Assembly: GCF_033153115.1 (NCBI RefSeq)
Contig: NW_026889778.1
Coordinates: 4,960,001 to 5,024,000, forward strand
Length of the DNA stretch: 64,000 nucleotides
Origin: Saccostrea echinata
Taxonomy: Eukaryota
Direction: 5' to 3'
The notes beneath the pieces were generated by a model, which made no database searches, was not told where the DNA came from, and worked only from the letters and a program-made list of their open reading frames with translations. This document shows, piece after piece, positions 1 to 14,258 of the stretch. A program made the position numbers and the translations under genes. Position 1 is the first letter of the stretch, and every line of letters begins with the position of its first letter.

Positions 1-1139
1 GTCGATTTTTAGAAATTTTAAATTGTCAATAGATTTGAATAACTGACGATTATTTTAAACCACGTTCCTCAATTCCACACAAGCTTATTTTTTCGACATT
101 TCTATTACTAACATTTAAATATGAAGATAACGTAACATTAAAAAAAAAAAAAAAAGAATAATAGTTATCTATTATTAACTAAGGTAAATACTTTGATAAT
201 TTGAATTAATGTGAAACTTTACTTTTTTTGAACATATTCGAAACAAAAAAATTCTTAAATTCAAAAATAATATGTTAATTTAGAAGTAATAGTTCCATAT
301 AATACCAAAAATTGCATGTATGAATTTGAGAATATAAAAATAAACAATCTAACATCTGTAGTAAAATTGCATAGATTTACAATAGTTTAATTTTAATAGT
401 ATAGAAAACTAAAGATGGTTATATTGTTTTCTTGGGAAGCTATAATTCTAAAAAATGATCTTACCTTTGTTGAAGTGAAAGGTCTCAGAGGAGATCTTAA
501 GTGAGAAATAGACTACATATCATTCTTATTTATAGTGCTACTTCGACAAGCATTTGATGTACTGTTCATTTTCATAAGCCCACCTGTCAAAGTGATTTAA
601 AATAATCGTTGGTATTCAGTGGGAATTCCTAAGAGTTCAATAACATTTGTTTCATGTTATCCCTTTCGTAGAATTAAGCCTCTAACATCATCGTCTTGTC
701 AGACAAAAATTTATTAGATTTATTTTAAGCTTTGTTCACGGAGTTTGTTCTGTATAATTTTATAAGTTCTAAATATGTAATTTGGACAAATATAGAAGAT
801 AAGGACAGATAATTTTAAGGAATAAACGATGCCTTGATTGGCATCCTTTTTGACATATGTTGTTCGTAAAGGGTAAAAATATCACTTCTTAATTAAGAAA
901 TTGTAAACTTTACTTTCCAAAATTTCCAAATTCTAACATTTTGACTTTACTCTTCTAGATTTATTCAATTTTCTTCATTTTTTTAAAATACAATGTTGAA
1001 ACTTTGATGTAAAATTTTAAATTAGCGCGGCTAAGCTCATTTACCTATATAAACAAAGGTGTCGTTGCTATTTCTGTGATTTAAAAAAAGCAATGATTTT
1101 CAATCATCTGTCCTTAAGGATTAATGACAGAGAAACACA

Positions 1140-1945
1140 ATGAAAAAAGTAAAGCTATCGAAGATTGATCCCCCCCCCAAGCACTCGATCTCGGGGAATT
1201 GCAGAGGCTGGATCAGAAAACAAGGAGGAGTAAGCATGCCACGACGACCGATCAAATCCGCCGTGAGCCCTATGTATTGATCAGGTAGACAGAATATTTT
1301 GAAGTCAAATTTAGAATAAAACAAATCTTAACAATTGGTACGAAATATATCAGCCGAAATTAGATCCAATGATAGGTTATATTTTCAAGGTCATTATAAC
1401 GACCAAAAAAATAACTAAATGCTGACACTTTAAACGTTGAAATCCCTACTTATCAACACATCTGTAAAGAAGCCTGTTTTGGTTTAAAGTTTGATCGTAC
1501 TCGGATCAGTATCGAAAAAGTTCAGAGACATAAACACCATATGCAGGTGATAGCGAAATATTATTACATAAATAAGGAAAGCTTTAACGATGGAGAAGCT
1601 GAAATCATCTCGTTTGTCATACAGTTTAGCTGTTTATTTGTCCTTATCTTTAATAGTCTGTAAAAATCCAAATATGAAACTGATATGGCAAACTTTGTGG
1701 TGTTTTTAATTTCGAGTTTACTGGGATATATCGAATCGACATATGGACTGAATTAACTATAATATATATTTTTATAAACGAAACGTAGTCGATATGATTA
1801 TCTAAATGTCGATTTGGATTGAATTACACACAGAAGTTTCCTTCTCATTTAGAAATTTTTGAATGCATTCTGTTTTTTTCATAGGAATATAAAAGCAGGT
1901 CGGCTAATAATGCAAGGGCATATTCTAAGTACGAACAATTTCTCA
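1140..1945 (-). mobile_element. Penelope-like element fragment (RT C-terminal part plus 3' conserved segment), decayed
   Basis: Reverse complement resembles the other PLE copies (19586-20140, 45350-46225). It carries the shared 3' segment 'cacggcggat...ggtcgtcg...catgcttactcctcc'. There are many stops and frameshifts. Confidence 0.7.
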
Positions 1946-2059
1946 AAAAAAAAAAAAAAAAAAAAATGATGGTACTAGAATATAAAGAATCTCTTTTAAA
2001 GTCATTATTTTGCAAATTCTATGGTCGATACAATTATCTTATTTGCTATTACAATCTGT

Positions 2060-2290
2060 TGTTGTGTTGAATATAAGCTGACGATTTACGGACAAATTGT
2101 CAGGCAATTATTTTCTCTTTGAACTTCCACGGATGTTCCGTTTACCCGATCATGACGAAGATCACACGGCGGATGTGACCTGTCGACAAGAGATATATTC
2201 TTTTCGATTGCACCTGATCCCACTTCGTGTTCAGAGGTCACTGTTGGCTCTGTTCATGATTTCTTTAAAGGCACTTTTGAGAATTATTAC
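2060..2290 (+). mobile_element. Penelope-like element 3' end fragment
   Basis: 'ccgatcatgacgaagatcacacggcggatgtgacctgtcgac...gcacctgatcccac' matches 21120-21200. Confidence 0.7.
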
Positions 2291-2506
2291 TGTTCTTTAT
2301 ATTGTGGATTTCATTGTGGCTCAAATTTCTTGGATTTCTTGTGTAACTCTCATCCAAGAATTTACATCCTCCACGAATTTATGAAATAGGATTACAAAGT
2401 CATATTTCCTTTTGTAGGTATAAGAAAATAAACGAGGATATATCCCCACAAACCTGTAAAAATCCACGAGTTTTGGCCCCCACGAATTTCAATAATTCCA
2501 CAGTAT
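2289..2506. mobile_element. Degenerate non-autonomous Tc1/mariner-like MITE
   Basis: The right end 'cccccacgaatttcaataattccacagta' has an imperfect inverted counterpart 'tattgtggatttcattgtggctc' at the left. Internal 'ccacga' repeats are present. Confidence 0.45.
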
Positions 2507-2774
2507 TCAGTTTTCATTTTCGACTAATTTACAAGATAGCATTAGTCATAAAATATGCTTAACTTTTGTAGAATAAGTAGAAGTACAATTAACACTTGCT
2601 TATGTAGTAGGTGCTATGATATACTGTTAGTAGAAAACCATAATTATTGATCTTACATACTAGCACATACATAAATGTATTAGATTTAGTTTTCTCTTGT
2701 AGTGCGTACATGTGAAACGTCTATATACATGTAATATATTAATATATATCAGGTAGGTGCTTTTTTGTACCATA

Positions 2775-3125
2775 AAATATGAAGATAACAAACAGCAAAC
2801 TAGCTCAAACGTCTAATGAAACAATACAAACTTGGAGAGGTGCAAACATAAACCACTAAAATATGAAAGGTGGTATCAGGTGCCATGGAGGTCTAAGCAT
2901 TCCCTGTCGGCCGGTCAAATTCACCGTCCACGGTGTGCTCTCTGTCATGGTCAGGAAACAATTCAATTAAAAACAATTGCCAAACAATTTGTATAAAAAC
3001 ATTAGTCAACATTTGACTTCATGATAGACTGTATTTACTGATAAGGTCATCGCATCTCCCAAAGAATTGGCAAAATGTTGACTCTTAATGAGACTGCCGA
3101 TATCCCTGTTTCATCACGTCTTTGT
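2775..3125 (-). mobile_element. Penelope-like element 3' fragment
   Basis: 'atcaggtgccatggaggtctaagcattccctgtcggccggtca' is the reverse complement of the PLE 3' segment. It is followed by sequence similar to the RT C-terminus at 20870-21070. Confidence 0.7.
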
Positions 3126-3184
3126 CACGTCTCTCTATGAATTCTCAAACTGTTTCGTCGCCAAGCTCTCAGCACTTTCAAGCA

Positions 3185-3375
3185 AAGAATGAGGATCTTT
3201 CGGATGAAACCTTAAAAAAGTAGACCAGTGTCACAGTAAACGTCGGCAAAATAAAGATCCCTCACTGTTCTATGGGCCTGATTGCCGCGTTAAGGTCAAA
3301 TTCGAAGCCCTTCTCCGGTATATAGTAACGTTTCTATTTGAATTAAAAATTCTCGAATGGGACCTAAAATTATCT
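3185..3375 (+). mobile_element. SINE body fragment (same family as 54297-54592)
   Basis: 'ctttcggatgaaacc...aaagatccctcactg...gcccttctccggt...aaaattctcgaa' aligns with the reverse complement of 54320-54490. Confidence 0.6.
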
Positions 3376-3506
3376 TAAAATTCAACAAATTAATTGCCCT
3401 GTGATAATTATCGCAGGCTTGAGCTCATCTTTTCCTGTTATGGTTACAGACAAACCGACTGATATTCTATCATCAATATAAAGTGTAATTAATAATTATT
3501 CTTGGT

Positions 3507-3600
3507 TACAATGCAGGAAACTAATTTTGGAACAGCATTGATGCCAATTTCTTTTTAATCCTTTGCTTATTGATTTGAATACTTCCTTTGCATGCTGACG
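3507..3600 (+). mobile_element. Solo end of the MITE family seen at 63158-63642
   Basis: 'tacaatgcaggaaactaattttggaacagcattgatgc' resembles the TIR 'tacagtgcagggaactaattttgttac'. Confidence 0.5.
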
Positions 3601-6420
3601 TAAGATATTCAATGTATAACAAGCAATGTTAAAAAATGAAATAGTACTTCATATTCTCTCAGCTTTCCTGTTCCGAGGTTTTAACTCCAACGTTACATAA
3701 AGTTTTGACCATGTATAATTGAAAACCTGAAGGATTTTCAATTCATACTACCGCCGTCGGAAACAGTGAAAGGGTTGGTATACCATTAGAAGAATTCTGT
3801 TACTTCACTTCACTTTAAGACTGTAGTTTTACTTTAGATAAACAAAACAACATAGAAACTTAATAGGAAAAGCAATATATTCTAAAAAGTTGCTATAAAC
3901 TTGCATAATTTCCGCCTTTTCCGGTTAAACATACCTTACTCAATTGTAAGTGTGCATTTCCTATTAAGATATTTATTACTATTTTTTTCTGAAAAAAAGT
4001 TTGAACATTGAAATAACTTTCACAAAAATGACTTTAATCAATGCTGTAAATATATATATATATATATATATTAACTGTTTTACTATATTTTGGAATTATT
4101 AAGCAATTATTATCCTCAATATTATCACTATCATTATTATGACCTATTTTAGCATTCTTGATCAGTTTCTATTATTATATTATGATTATATATTGTCAGG
4201 ATACGTATAAATAAGCTTTATAACATGCTGAACAATGCCCTTGACCTTTAAAAAATGAGCATTTGCATGAACAATTCGATAGAAAAAGTAAAATCGTGTC
4301 TTTATTTGACAAAAATATTAATAGTTTGTTCCTCAAATGTTCAGAGTAACGAAAAAAAAAAAAAATCAAGAAAATGAAAATAAATTTCTAAATATCTACT
4401 TTGATACTTCCATCGCCATCTAATTTCTTTCCTTAAGAAAAACACCCACCAAAGAATAAAGCGTGTGCCTCCTTTCCTAGTACATTAACCTTGGTATAGT
4501 AGGAATCACATAAACTGTGGTATGAATGTTGTTTTCAATTTAAAAATTGAAATATATATGTACTGTAAGAGTTCAATTGTAGATATAAATATTTCAATAA
4601 GACCACAGGCAGTAATTAAGTGTCACAACTCGACATTTGCTTTCATGAAATATGAATGATCATTAAAGAGGTATCTTGAAGGAATCCATTGATACTTTTT
4701 GTATCATTTTTGCTTTGTAATTGTAATTTTTCTTCTTCAAGGAAACATTTCAAGAGATTTATTTCTTATAAACGTGTGTCTTGTACGTGTCATATATGCA
4801 TAAATTTTACAATATGTGTATACTGGTGTAAATAAACCATCTTCATAACGTCATTTGCATGAATTTTTCCCAAGTGCATTTTACCCTTTATTCTAGTCCT
4901 CTGGTGTCAGTCTTTTCAAAATTTATTTTTGATTAAAATTTTTATCTATTTATCTATTAACCTGCAACATTGCAATAATATTGTTGCGTTTAAACGCATA
5001 ATCATTGCATTTCAATCCAATACGTTTTACATTTAAAAGCCAGACTCTTTTGGTTCAAACGCAATACTTCAAAACCAGACATCAATCAACCAGAACTTGT
5101 AAAATTTCTAGGATCCGATACTTTAACCCTTTCTCTACTAGCGCATTTAACGTGATTTTGGAAAACATTTGACATAGCATTATCAAATTATTTCTAACCT
5201 TTTTATCCAAGGAGAAAGCTAGGCATAATGCATACCATTTTGTAGGGAATATCATAGAAATGATATTTCATGACTATTCAGATACCCAACGACTGACCTT
5301 ATTAGTAGAAACGGAGGTCAAAGGTCAAATAAGTGCAAAATTTTATCGAATTTTTCGATACTTTTTAATCTTCAAGCTAAAAATTTACACATATTTTGGT
5401 GTATGTTGAAATAGAAAATTTTGAATAAACTCACAAAAGAGCATTATACTATACTACATGAATCACATAAACTTTTTTTTTAATTTTGCATATAATGACT
5501 TTAAACAAGTTGCTTAGTAACGGGATATTTTTCAATTTTCGGGCTGCAATTTTCGTTTTTTGCTCATTCTAGACACATTTATGCATTCCAGCACATTTTA
5601 AAGTCAAATATGAGGTCAGAAAATTTAAAGGGACATTCAACAGATAAATTGTCTTAAAGTTTGACCTCATTAGAACTATTTTTAGGAGGTCAAAGGTCAA
5701 ATAAGTGCAAAAATTTCATCAACTTTTTCAACACTTTTCAATGTTCTTGCTGAAATAGAAATTTCTGAATATACTCTCAAGAAGGCATCAGAACTGCAAT
5801 ATCAATACACCACTTTAGTTCAAATATTTGTTTAATGACCTTCAAATGGTTGCTAAGCAACAACATCTTCAATTTTTTGACTGTATACATTGTATGTTTG
5901 TTATTGCTCATTCTAGACACTTGTAAGTAAGATATGGACCAACAATGTAAAGAACATTATGAAATTAAGTATTGACCTTGACACTTCTGTTCTTAGTGGG
6001 GTCAAGGTCAGATCAGTACAGAATTTTGCCTAAAATTGCAAGTATACATCAATTTTGAAATGCTGCAATCATTATGGATATATCATCTAATAGTTGACGT
6101 AAAAAGTTGTGAACAACAAAATCTTAAGAGAAATATGAAAAAATGAATTAATCTTTTTTATTTTGCATATCTTGGTTGCCATTCCAAAAATACATCTAAA
6201 ACATGTGAACTGAAATAGAATTCGTAAGATGCGATTGCATGTAATTCAACCTTAGTGACACATTATTAATAAAATAATATGGTAAATATCATATGGTAAT
6301 ATGATAAGCATGAAGAAACCTCATGAGATGGACAATGGATGGAATATGGAATCTCTCTTTCAAATAAGTGGCATTTACATTACAATCCTTCCATCCATCT
6401 TAATTATGTGACATGCATTT

Positions 6421-6955
6421 GCTCATCTTTGCAAGCAAAGGATTCTGGTCTGCTTCTCTTCTCACAAACCCTTAGCCTATCATGCTATTAAAAGTCAGGA
6501 TTGTCTACGTCACTTGATCTCGAATCACAGCTTGCATCATTCATAGAAATAAAGAGCATTTATAAAAAGTGAAGTATCTGAAGAATAATTAACAAGCAGA
6601 TAGGTTATTTGTTAGTAAGTTGCAAGTCTTTATCTGCAATATACAAAATGTAGGTTCCAGATTACATTATGTGCACATAATCTTCACATTGGATGATATG
6701 CCATAGCAATTTAAAGAATGGAATGTTATCTTATGAATCATCCTTTACAAAGGTTTTTTATTACCAAGACTATAGAGTCCAGAAATATCCTGAATGAAGA
6801 TAAGATAACATCATTTACTATAGCACTTGCTGATTGGTCAAATGATGTCAATAAACTCCAGTCACAACCTGTGAAAAAAAATCCTGACTTTTGATAGCAA
6901 GATTAACCAAGGTTTTGTGAGAAGAATAGCAAATCCCTTCGCTGGTGAAGACTGC
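6421..6955. mobile_element. Small inverted-repeat element nested in the piggyBac
   Basis: Left arm 'aagggatt...ttctcacaaaccctt...tgctattaaaagtcaggatt' pairs with right arm 'aatcctgacttttgatagca...aaggttttgtgagaa...aatccctt'. Confidence 0.5.
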
Positions 6956-6969
6956 ATTCATTAGCCATG

Positions 6970-7800
6970 TTTGATGAAAAACAAGACTTGGTCTTTTAAG
7001 GCAATAATAATTTGACAATGCAAGTAATTAAAAAAAAAATTGTCAAAAATTTGAAGTATAATTCCCAAATAGGGTTTCTTGTGTTCTAATTAAAAAAAAC
7101 CCATTCACAACCATAATATCAAGTAAATTAAAAAAAAAAACAGTACTTTAGTACTTTCCACCAGTGCAATTTGGTTCAAATTTATGATGCATATTTACTA
7201 GCAAATTAAAATGACAGACCCACATGTCCTATACATTTCCTGAAAGATGTGGCTAATAAAGGTGTGGTAAAAATAACAAAAAGGTGTGGCTGAACAGTGA
7301 TGTAAAAATTACAACAGTAACTACAACATGTATAGTATCCTTCTGTTAAACATAAACATATCCATTTTCTTGATGCCATTAAAAATAACCTTTATTTTCT
7401 AAGATTTTTCCCCCGACTTTTAATTTAACAAGAGAAAGTAAACTAATTTATTTCATTACAAGATTTTTCTGGTAACAGTGCTTAAGGGGTACAATAAAGA
7501 CTTGACGTCATCTTGGAGGGAAAAAATAATAAAAGATGGCATTGGCAATATTCAATGCAAAACTGTTCAGTCAAGTAGAAAATGTGAAGTTTTATCCAAA
7601 AATACAAATCCAGAAATATTGCAAGCTGAATTCTAATCAGACTGATTTAATCTTCTACAAAATGTTGAAGACCAGAGCACTTTTACTTTGCGGACACCAT
7701 TCTTTCATCAACTGTCATTTTTCTGAAAGACTGGAGGAACTTCTTTGACTTGTCCAAGACATGATCATTTTCTGTCAAGTACATGTAATCAGCTTCTACC
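6970..7800 (-). pseudogene. piggyBac transposase relic (catalytic core and C-terminal fragments)
   Basis: Contains VDERMV, WWKVL and LLDIMVVN motifs and a Cys-containing remnant near 6970-7020. It is frameshifted and has stops. A minus-strand acceptor-like 'ttttacag' lies at 7801-7808. Confidence 0.65.
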
Positions 7801-7959
7801 CTGTAAAAGATTGAAATATTTTAAAACAGATTATGTGAATTTACATATATATAAAATTAAGAATGCTACAATTTATACATTGATATAATCTTTCTTTCAA
7901 AATTAAAAGCATATTTATTATGTGATTCATGTAGTTAAATGATTTGGTTAAGTCATTCT

Positions 7960-9235
7960 TCATAGGGCATTTGAAAAGTCCTGAGAACTGATTAATAAAA
8001 TATTAACCGTTAAACGGAAATTACTGAGTTTGATAACATTGGACAGTTCACAAAAATATACACATATTGTGATGTCTCTTTGTAAATCTTATTAGGCAAC
8101 AACTCCGAAAATGACGTCAGAATCTCCAATGTCTAACATACTGACCATAAAAATAACGTAACAAGAGACACAATTTCTGAGAAATCAGGAGCTCCTATAG
8201 TTCTGAGGTGGTTTAAGAGTGTGTCAAACATAGCATGTTATTGTCGAACCTCGCGCCGAATATTGGGTAAAAAAGACGCTGCTGTGAGGCCTTATGTGCC
8301 AGCGGGCACGAAGAGGATAGGTGAGGTGAGGTGTGAGAAAAACACAAAGTTTAAAACCACAGTAGAATAGTGGAAAGTGTTACAGAATTTGCTGGCATTA
8401 ATTCGTCAGGTATTTTAACCATTATGCAGGAACAATTAAAGCTCAAGAGAGGTTTAGCTAAAGATGTCCCATATTTTCTCGTTAAAACCAAAATGGCGCC
8501 AGTGTAGGTTTAACACCACCGTAACTCGATATGTTCGAAAATTTTCAATCATGGAAAATGAATAAGATTGTACATGGCAATGAAACTCAGATTTATTTTT
8601 AGGAGTCGAAAGTCAAAAGCAATAGTGAGTTTTGGATTGCCGAAATTGAAATAATATGAAAAAATACGCACAGAAACTTGTCCCGGGGAAGACTTTTGTA
8701 CGCCTTATTCGTAAACGGTAAGGGTCCTGACACTCAAGATACATTTGTGGAAACTGCATTGTTACACTTCAGTTTTATATAGAATATATTTTATTTAATA
8801 TAGTGGAGAGCTTTAAAATAGACCGAAAATTCAGCTATATCATATAAATAAAAATCTGTTATAAACGCCTAAGATAACATTACTGTGCTTATTAACCAAG
8901 CAAAAAAATACAATATGGAATTGATGATTTACCTTACCATTCTTATAGTCTTACTCTACTTCCATGTAAATTTTCTTTGATATATCTTTTCAAAGAAGCC
9001 TTTGTCAGCACTTTTTCGATGTTCTCATCTGATTAAAAAACGCGACTTTTCAGTGTACTAAACATTCGAGATTCTGACGTCATTTTTGGAGTTATTAAGT
9101 CATAAATATAAGAAAATGACGTTCATATAAGTGCAAATTTTCCAGCTCTTTTCAAAGGTATCAAACTTATTAACTTCTGTGAAATGGTTAATATTTTAGC
9201 AAGCAGTTCTCAGAACTTTTTAAATGCCCCTCGTA
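7960..9235. mobile_element. Non-autonomous mariner-like element with long (~190 bp) imperfect TIRs
   Basis: Left 'gggcatttgaaaagtcctgagaactg...atgacgtcagaatctccaatgt' pairs with right 'acattcgagattctgacgtcat...cagttctcagaactttttaaatgcccctcgta'. The right terminus reads TACGAGGGG on the reverse strand, a mariner-type end. Confidence 0.7.
8275..8337 (+). mobile_element. Short 3' tail of an RTE-type LINE/SINE
   Basis: 'gccttatgtgccagcgggcacgaagaggataggtgaggtgaggtg' is a stem-loop (gtgcc/ggcac) followed by an (AGGTG)n tail, typical of RTE 3' ends. Confidence 0.5.
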
Positions 9236-12200
9236 TCAGGACTGAAAAATAATCAAGCCAGTAGTAACCCATCATAATTGAATTATACTAAAAGAAATAG
9301 CATACCTGGCTGTCAGGGTTGTTAAGAAAAAGGACACATTAATGGACTGAAAACTGTTACTTCAGGGCAAAATTCCTGGGGCAAGGCTGTTCATGTACAT
9401 GGGAATGTTGATAAATAGCCATCCATTGAATATAGTTTGACCACCCATGTATACATGTACATGACTGAAAAATTGAGAAAATGCAAATTTTAACCACATA
9501 CTTCATGAGATTGAAAATATCACAGCAGTCTATAAAAGACAGCTTGTTCCATATCTGTGCGTAAATTTGAATGAATATTGTGTGTTTAAATTGCGTGTTT
9601 ATTTGTTACAGTAGAATCATGCATCATAAATACCATGTGTATCATACACTTTTTTTCAAAATATAAATCAAATTCTTATAAACTTGTGTGAATGCAATAT
9701 CAAGAGAAATCAATTAAAATTTCACTTTATTTAGAATTTTTATAGATATAGAAATTTTCACCAAAACAAAAATTTACCTGTTCATTGGTCATAAGAAGCA
9801 CCTGTGTCCCCACATAATGGTCCTCCTAGTGCATGGTAGGGTTAGCAAGTGGGTCTTCACAGATAAAAGTACTGAAGCCTATGGTACCATGCAGCACCCT
9901 AAAAAATTCAATGTGATAGTGTTACATGTACACAACAACAACTCTCCATAATTATGCCAACTTGATTTTATTTTAAAAGGTCAAAAGCATACACTTCAAA
10001 AGCAACACAAAATTGGCTGAACTAGTTTCAATCTAAAATACAAGATACAAACACTGAAACAGGGTAACGCCTATACATGAAGATCTAGTACGTTTGTACA
10101 TTTTGTTTTCATTTGAGCGTGAATTAATGCGTTTTAAAGACAGTTTAAAACTCTTCGGTCAATACTTACTCACCTCTAATACAAAGGAAAGATTGAATGA
10201 AGATAAAATAATAAACAATTGCATTATTGCAGAAGTTGGTAGAAATAAAAAAAAATCGATTTTGGGACATCTTACAAACAAATAAATGCATGAATTGATA
10301 TTGATTAATATATATCTATACATGATATACAGCTACAGATCCAGAGGGGGTTACGGCGGTTGTACTCTCCTTTATTTTTGTGCAAATGAAAAAAAACAAA
10401 TGAACATTTTCAAAAAAGGTAGACGTGGTGAAAAGGAGAGGCTTGTGTAAATTGAATTTTAAAGATTTATCCGACCTTGTTCAGTCCAACCTCATGCAGT
10501 CGATCATAAATTTCGATTTCTCTCAAGTGTACATGGAACATAGGAAAATAAGTGATTTTATCCTTTCTTCACATCGGCTCGGTTAAAATAAATTAAATAT
10601 AGAAACCAGTGAACAATTTTTACTTGTTTAAAATAAATTGGATATCAAAAAAGAGTGCTGAAAAATAGTTTTAGCATATTGCAATATATCTAGATTGATT
10701 AAGAACGAGGAATTGAAAGCAAAATACTCGATTTGAAACATAAAAAAGTTTATTGCTAGGCTGATTTCCTTGAGTGATTTTAATTACTCAAAATGAAAAT
10801 AATAATGAAAAATTTCTTCTCTATTTTTTGAAGATATTATGAAATAATTGAGATAGATAATACATATACGCGCAAATTGTTGAATAACTTTTAGCATAAT
10901 TTAGGCGTTTCTTTGTTGAACATGAACTACCGGTATCATATCCATGTATATAAGACTGATAGTGTTCATGCAATTCCCTCGATAATTCAAAGTACATTAT
11001 AATCATGGACAAGATCTAAATACACATTCTTCATTGTAATGCGTCGATGCGAACTTAAAATAAATTAATGCATTTTGCATTAAAAAGTCTGTTTTTCAAA
11101 TTCCCAGAATCTAAGATTCCTGGATCCAGTGGAGGCCCCAGATTTTAGATACTTGCCCAATGAGAATATGATATTCAGTTATATTTTAAAAGAAAAAAAT
11201 ATTGTAAATTAGAGTTATATAATCGAGTGTAGTTCAAAGCTCTTTGCTTTGGTTCGTAAATATTATTTTCTCTTCACCCTCTCCTTTCAAATATGATATA
11301 TATGATATATAATATATATCCTATGATAGTGGGGTATGAAAAAAGATGTAAGTATTATGTTTGTGACATGTATGTGACATGGGGTAATGTTTTCTTTTTT
11401 TCCCCAGACCAGGTATTTTTTTCTTTAAATCAACAAAACATTTTTTGAGGACGCCATTTACTGCTTTGACAGAGTTTTGTTCTTTTTTTTTTATTTACAG
11501 ACTGTACACTCTATAAGATTTTAGTCTATTTTTTTTTAGTCCTAGACCTTGACCCACGGGTTTGTTGGAAAAGGATGGTAAATTAAAATTTACAAAATCG
11601 AACAATCTCTTGGGTATAGAGCGTTACATTATTATTATAATTCTCCGACAAGTGAGGGACCCCCCCCCCCCCCAACACACACATACCCACACTTCGTAAA
11701 TGTGTTCACAGTGTATGGTGGTTTTAATCATACAAATATAAACAAAATGTATATATCGATAATCAAGACTTCAAAAAATATATTCATTTTATCTAAATTA
11801 TGTTTTGACACTTTCCCTTATCTGAAAAGTCCGTAGTCCGAAGTCTGCTGTTGGGTGTCTGAGATTCAGAAAATGTTTAGTAAGACGCAAATCGATCTTG
11901 ACGTTAAATATTGATCTCCCCCGATTTTTCTACAAACATTATGCGAAGGTTACAAATTCAAACTATCGTAATTAAATAAATACTGAGAGTAAGAAGACCT
12001 GTAAAGGCTTGTTGAAAAGGAAATTTTCTTTAATTTTACAAGCTTTATTTTGTTTTCCCTATTTCAGTACAGAAATACACGTAAAGTTGAGCTTTATTTA
12101 AATATTACGAATAAAAACGAGAAAAAACACGTAAGTGCAAGAAAATTCTTATTTTTACAAAATATATTAAAGTAATAACAATATTTTTTTTACATATCTT

Positions 12201-13922
12201 AAAAGCAGAGAAAATATGCTTTAAAATATAGGAGTCAATCGTCGGGAAAATCGTCAATTGCTTTGGAAAATTGTGCCATTTTCAAAATGTTGTGTATGTC
12301 TTCAAAACGTAAAATCTATTCATTACCGACATTAAGACATAACATTTTCACATAGTTTAAAAGTAGAGAAAATTTCCATATATATATTTGATATATAGTT
12401 TATATACCTTTATGCTATCATAAAATAGATACGGAGATCTTGTTTCGCGAAGTCGTGTTTTAACGCGCCACCGGTCAAATTGACCGGTGTGGGAGTGAAG
12501 GGGTTAAAGCACTTTTTTTTGTTATCATGGAAGCGTAGAGTTTTTCAGTGGTTTTAAAGAGTACCTAAGACCTTCCCTCCTAATATGAAGTCCAACCTAT
12601 ATAATTCTGATACTTTTCAGTATATATCGCATGACTGAATTATCATTCCCCCTGTGCTTTTGTGTTTATTGTAGGCAAATACAAGTTTTTCAGTGTGAGA
12701 GCTGTAGTAAAACAACGGCATCTTATCAACCAGAATATCTTAAACGAATTAGAACCCAGCACTCATGAAAAAGCCTTTTTTCAAGTGCTTAAATATAACA
12801 ACTAATTAAGAACGTTTCAGTGTTATAAATAGCACGTATCATTTCGGGAGTACACATCGATCAATCTGTTTGAATTTCATATGATTTTGATTATGTCTAA
12901 ATACGTCATTATGATGTACATAATTCCAATATTTTATAAGTCGTTTCCTTAAACTCTTTGTGCATGGGCTGAACTTGGTGACTACATTGTGGGGTATAGC
13001 TTTTTAACCGTTTTTTCTTCTTATGTGTTTTATTTAAAAGATCCATTCTTTTTGTTTGCAAAAATTGTTTCAAAGTAGAAAAAATAACAAAAGAGAAGAC
13101 GTAATGTGTAATTGTATAGGCAACTGACCAAGACTTTATTAAGAGTATCGAGTTCTAAAAATTTTAAGACATGCGTATCTCTTAGGATGCGGTTGTTTTA
13201 CAACCCGATCTTTTTTCTCCAGTATAAATTCGTAATTTTGAACTTTTTTAATACCCTATACAACTGAAAGATTAGAACATTTGAATAAAAAACTTAATGC
13301 GAATTTAATTATGCATACAAATGTTGTACACCTCTTCTAAAACAAATATTTAGGAAATAATAATAGAAGTTAAGTTTTGTAATTCTTTTCGTACAATAAC
13401 ACAAGGATTTTCATCAGATGATTCAATGTTTCTACCGAGAAATCCCAATAATGTATCCAGATTTTTTTTTCAAGAACATACGAATGTACACTGATATTAA
13501 ATCGATAACATTTTGAAAAAAAAATATCAATAAGTAACTCTACCTTGTAAGATACGCTGCGCTGGAAATTTAGGTGAATTATGAATAAATACTAATGCAA
13601 ATCATGTCCGATTTCTATAATAATAATGATACTAAGGCTTGCAAAAAAAAAGGGGGCAATGTGAACGATAAGCAATTGATAAATGCACTATATTTTATTC
13701 TTAAAGAATGTCTGCTATGTTTTCATTGTGTTGAATTTAAACCATAGTCAGGTTGAAAAAATAAAAAGATAAAAAATATCAAGATTAGATTTTAGAAGGC
13801 TGACATCACTAGACTGGAATAAAAGGCATACTGCTTTAGAGAAATAAAACCCTGAAGCATTGTTCATCTCCACCAGTATATACACTCACTGTACAATTTT
13901 ATACATAGATGATCTGCACAAG

Positions 13923-13968
13923 GCGCGCGCGCGCACACACACACACACCCTCACACACACACACACAC
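13923..13968. repeat. (CG)n(CA)n microsatellite
   Basis: gcgcgcgcgcgcacacacacac... Confidence 0.9.
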
Positions 13969-14040
13969 GTTTATTTAAAACAAATGCTCTTGAGTATTTC
14001 CTTCATGAAGAAAAATGTTAGCATAATATCAATTAAAAAG

Positions 14041-14258
14041 TACGAAAGCCTAGAAGGGTCAAATAAGGAAAATGAAAAAAAAAATCAAAATCGTAATAAC
14101 GACTTTTGATCTCGTAAATACGACTTTCTTAAGTCGTAATAACGAGATAAAAAGTCGTTATTACGACATAAAAAGTCGTTATTACGACTTTATTAAGTCG
14201 TTATAACGAGATATTATTTCTTTTCATATTCCTTATATGACCTTTTTAGGCTTTCGTA
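14041..14258. mobile_element. Hairpin MITE (218 bp, TACG...CGTA ends) with internal short repeats
   Basis: 'tacgaaagcctagaagggtcaaataaggaa' pairs with 'ttccttatatgacctttttaggctttcgta'. Internal 'aagtcgttattacgac' units occur in both orientations. Confidence 0.8.

Larger units (their letters stand above)
5127..12503 (-). mobile_element. Decayed piggyBac DNA transposon (~7.4 kb) with nested insertions
   Basis: Flanked by TTAA at 5123-5126 and 12504-12507. Ends are CCCTTTCTCTAC and (reverse complement) CCCCTTCACTCC, 9/12 matching. Minus-strand relics match piggyBac transposase motifs: 'KKFLQSFRKMTVDERMV' (~7695-7745) and 'HWWKVL...NLLDIMVVNG' (~7100-7167). A subterminal direct repeat 'ggaggtcaaaggtcaaataagtgcaaaa' occurs at ~5313 and ~5686. 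Confidence 0.7.
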
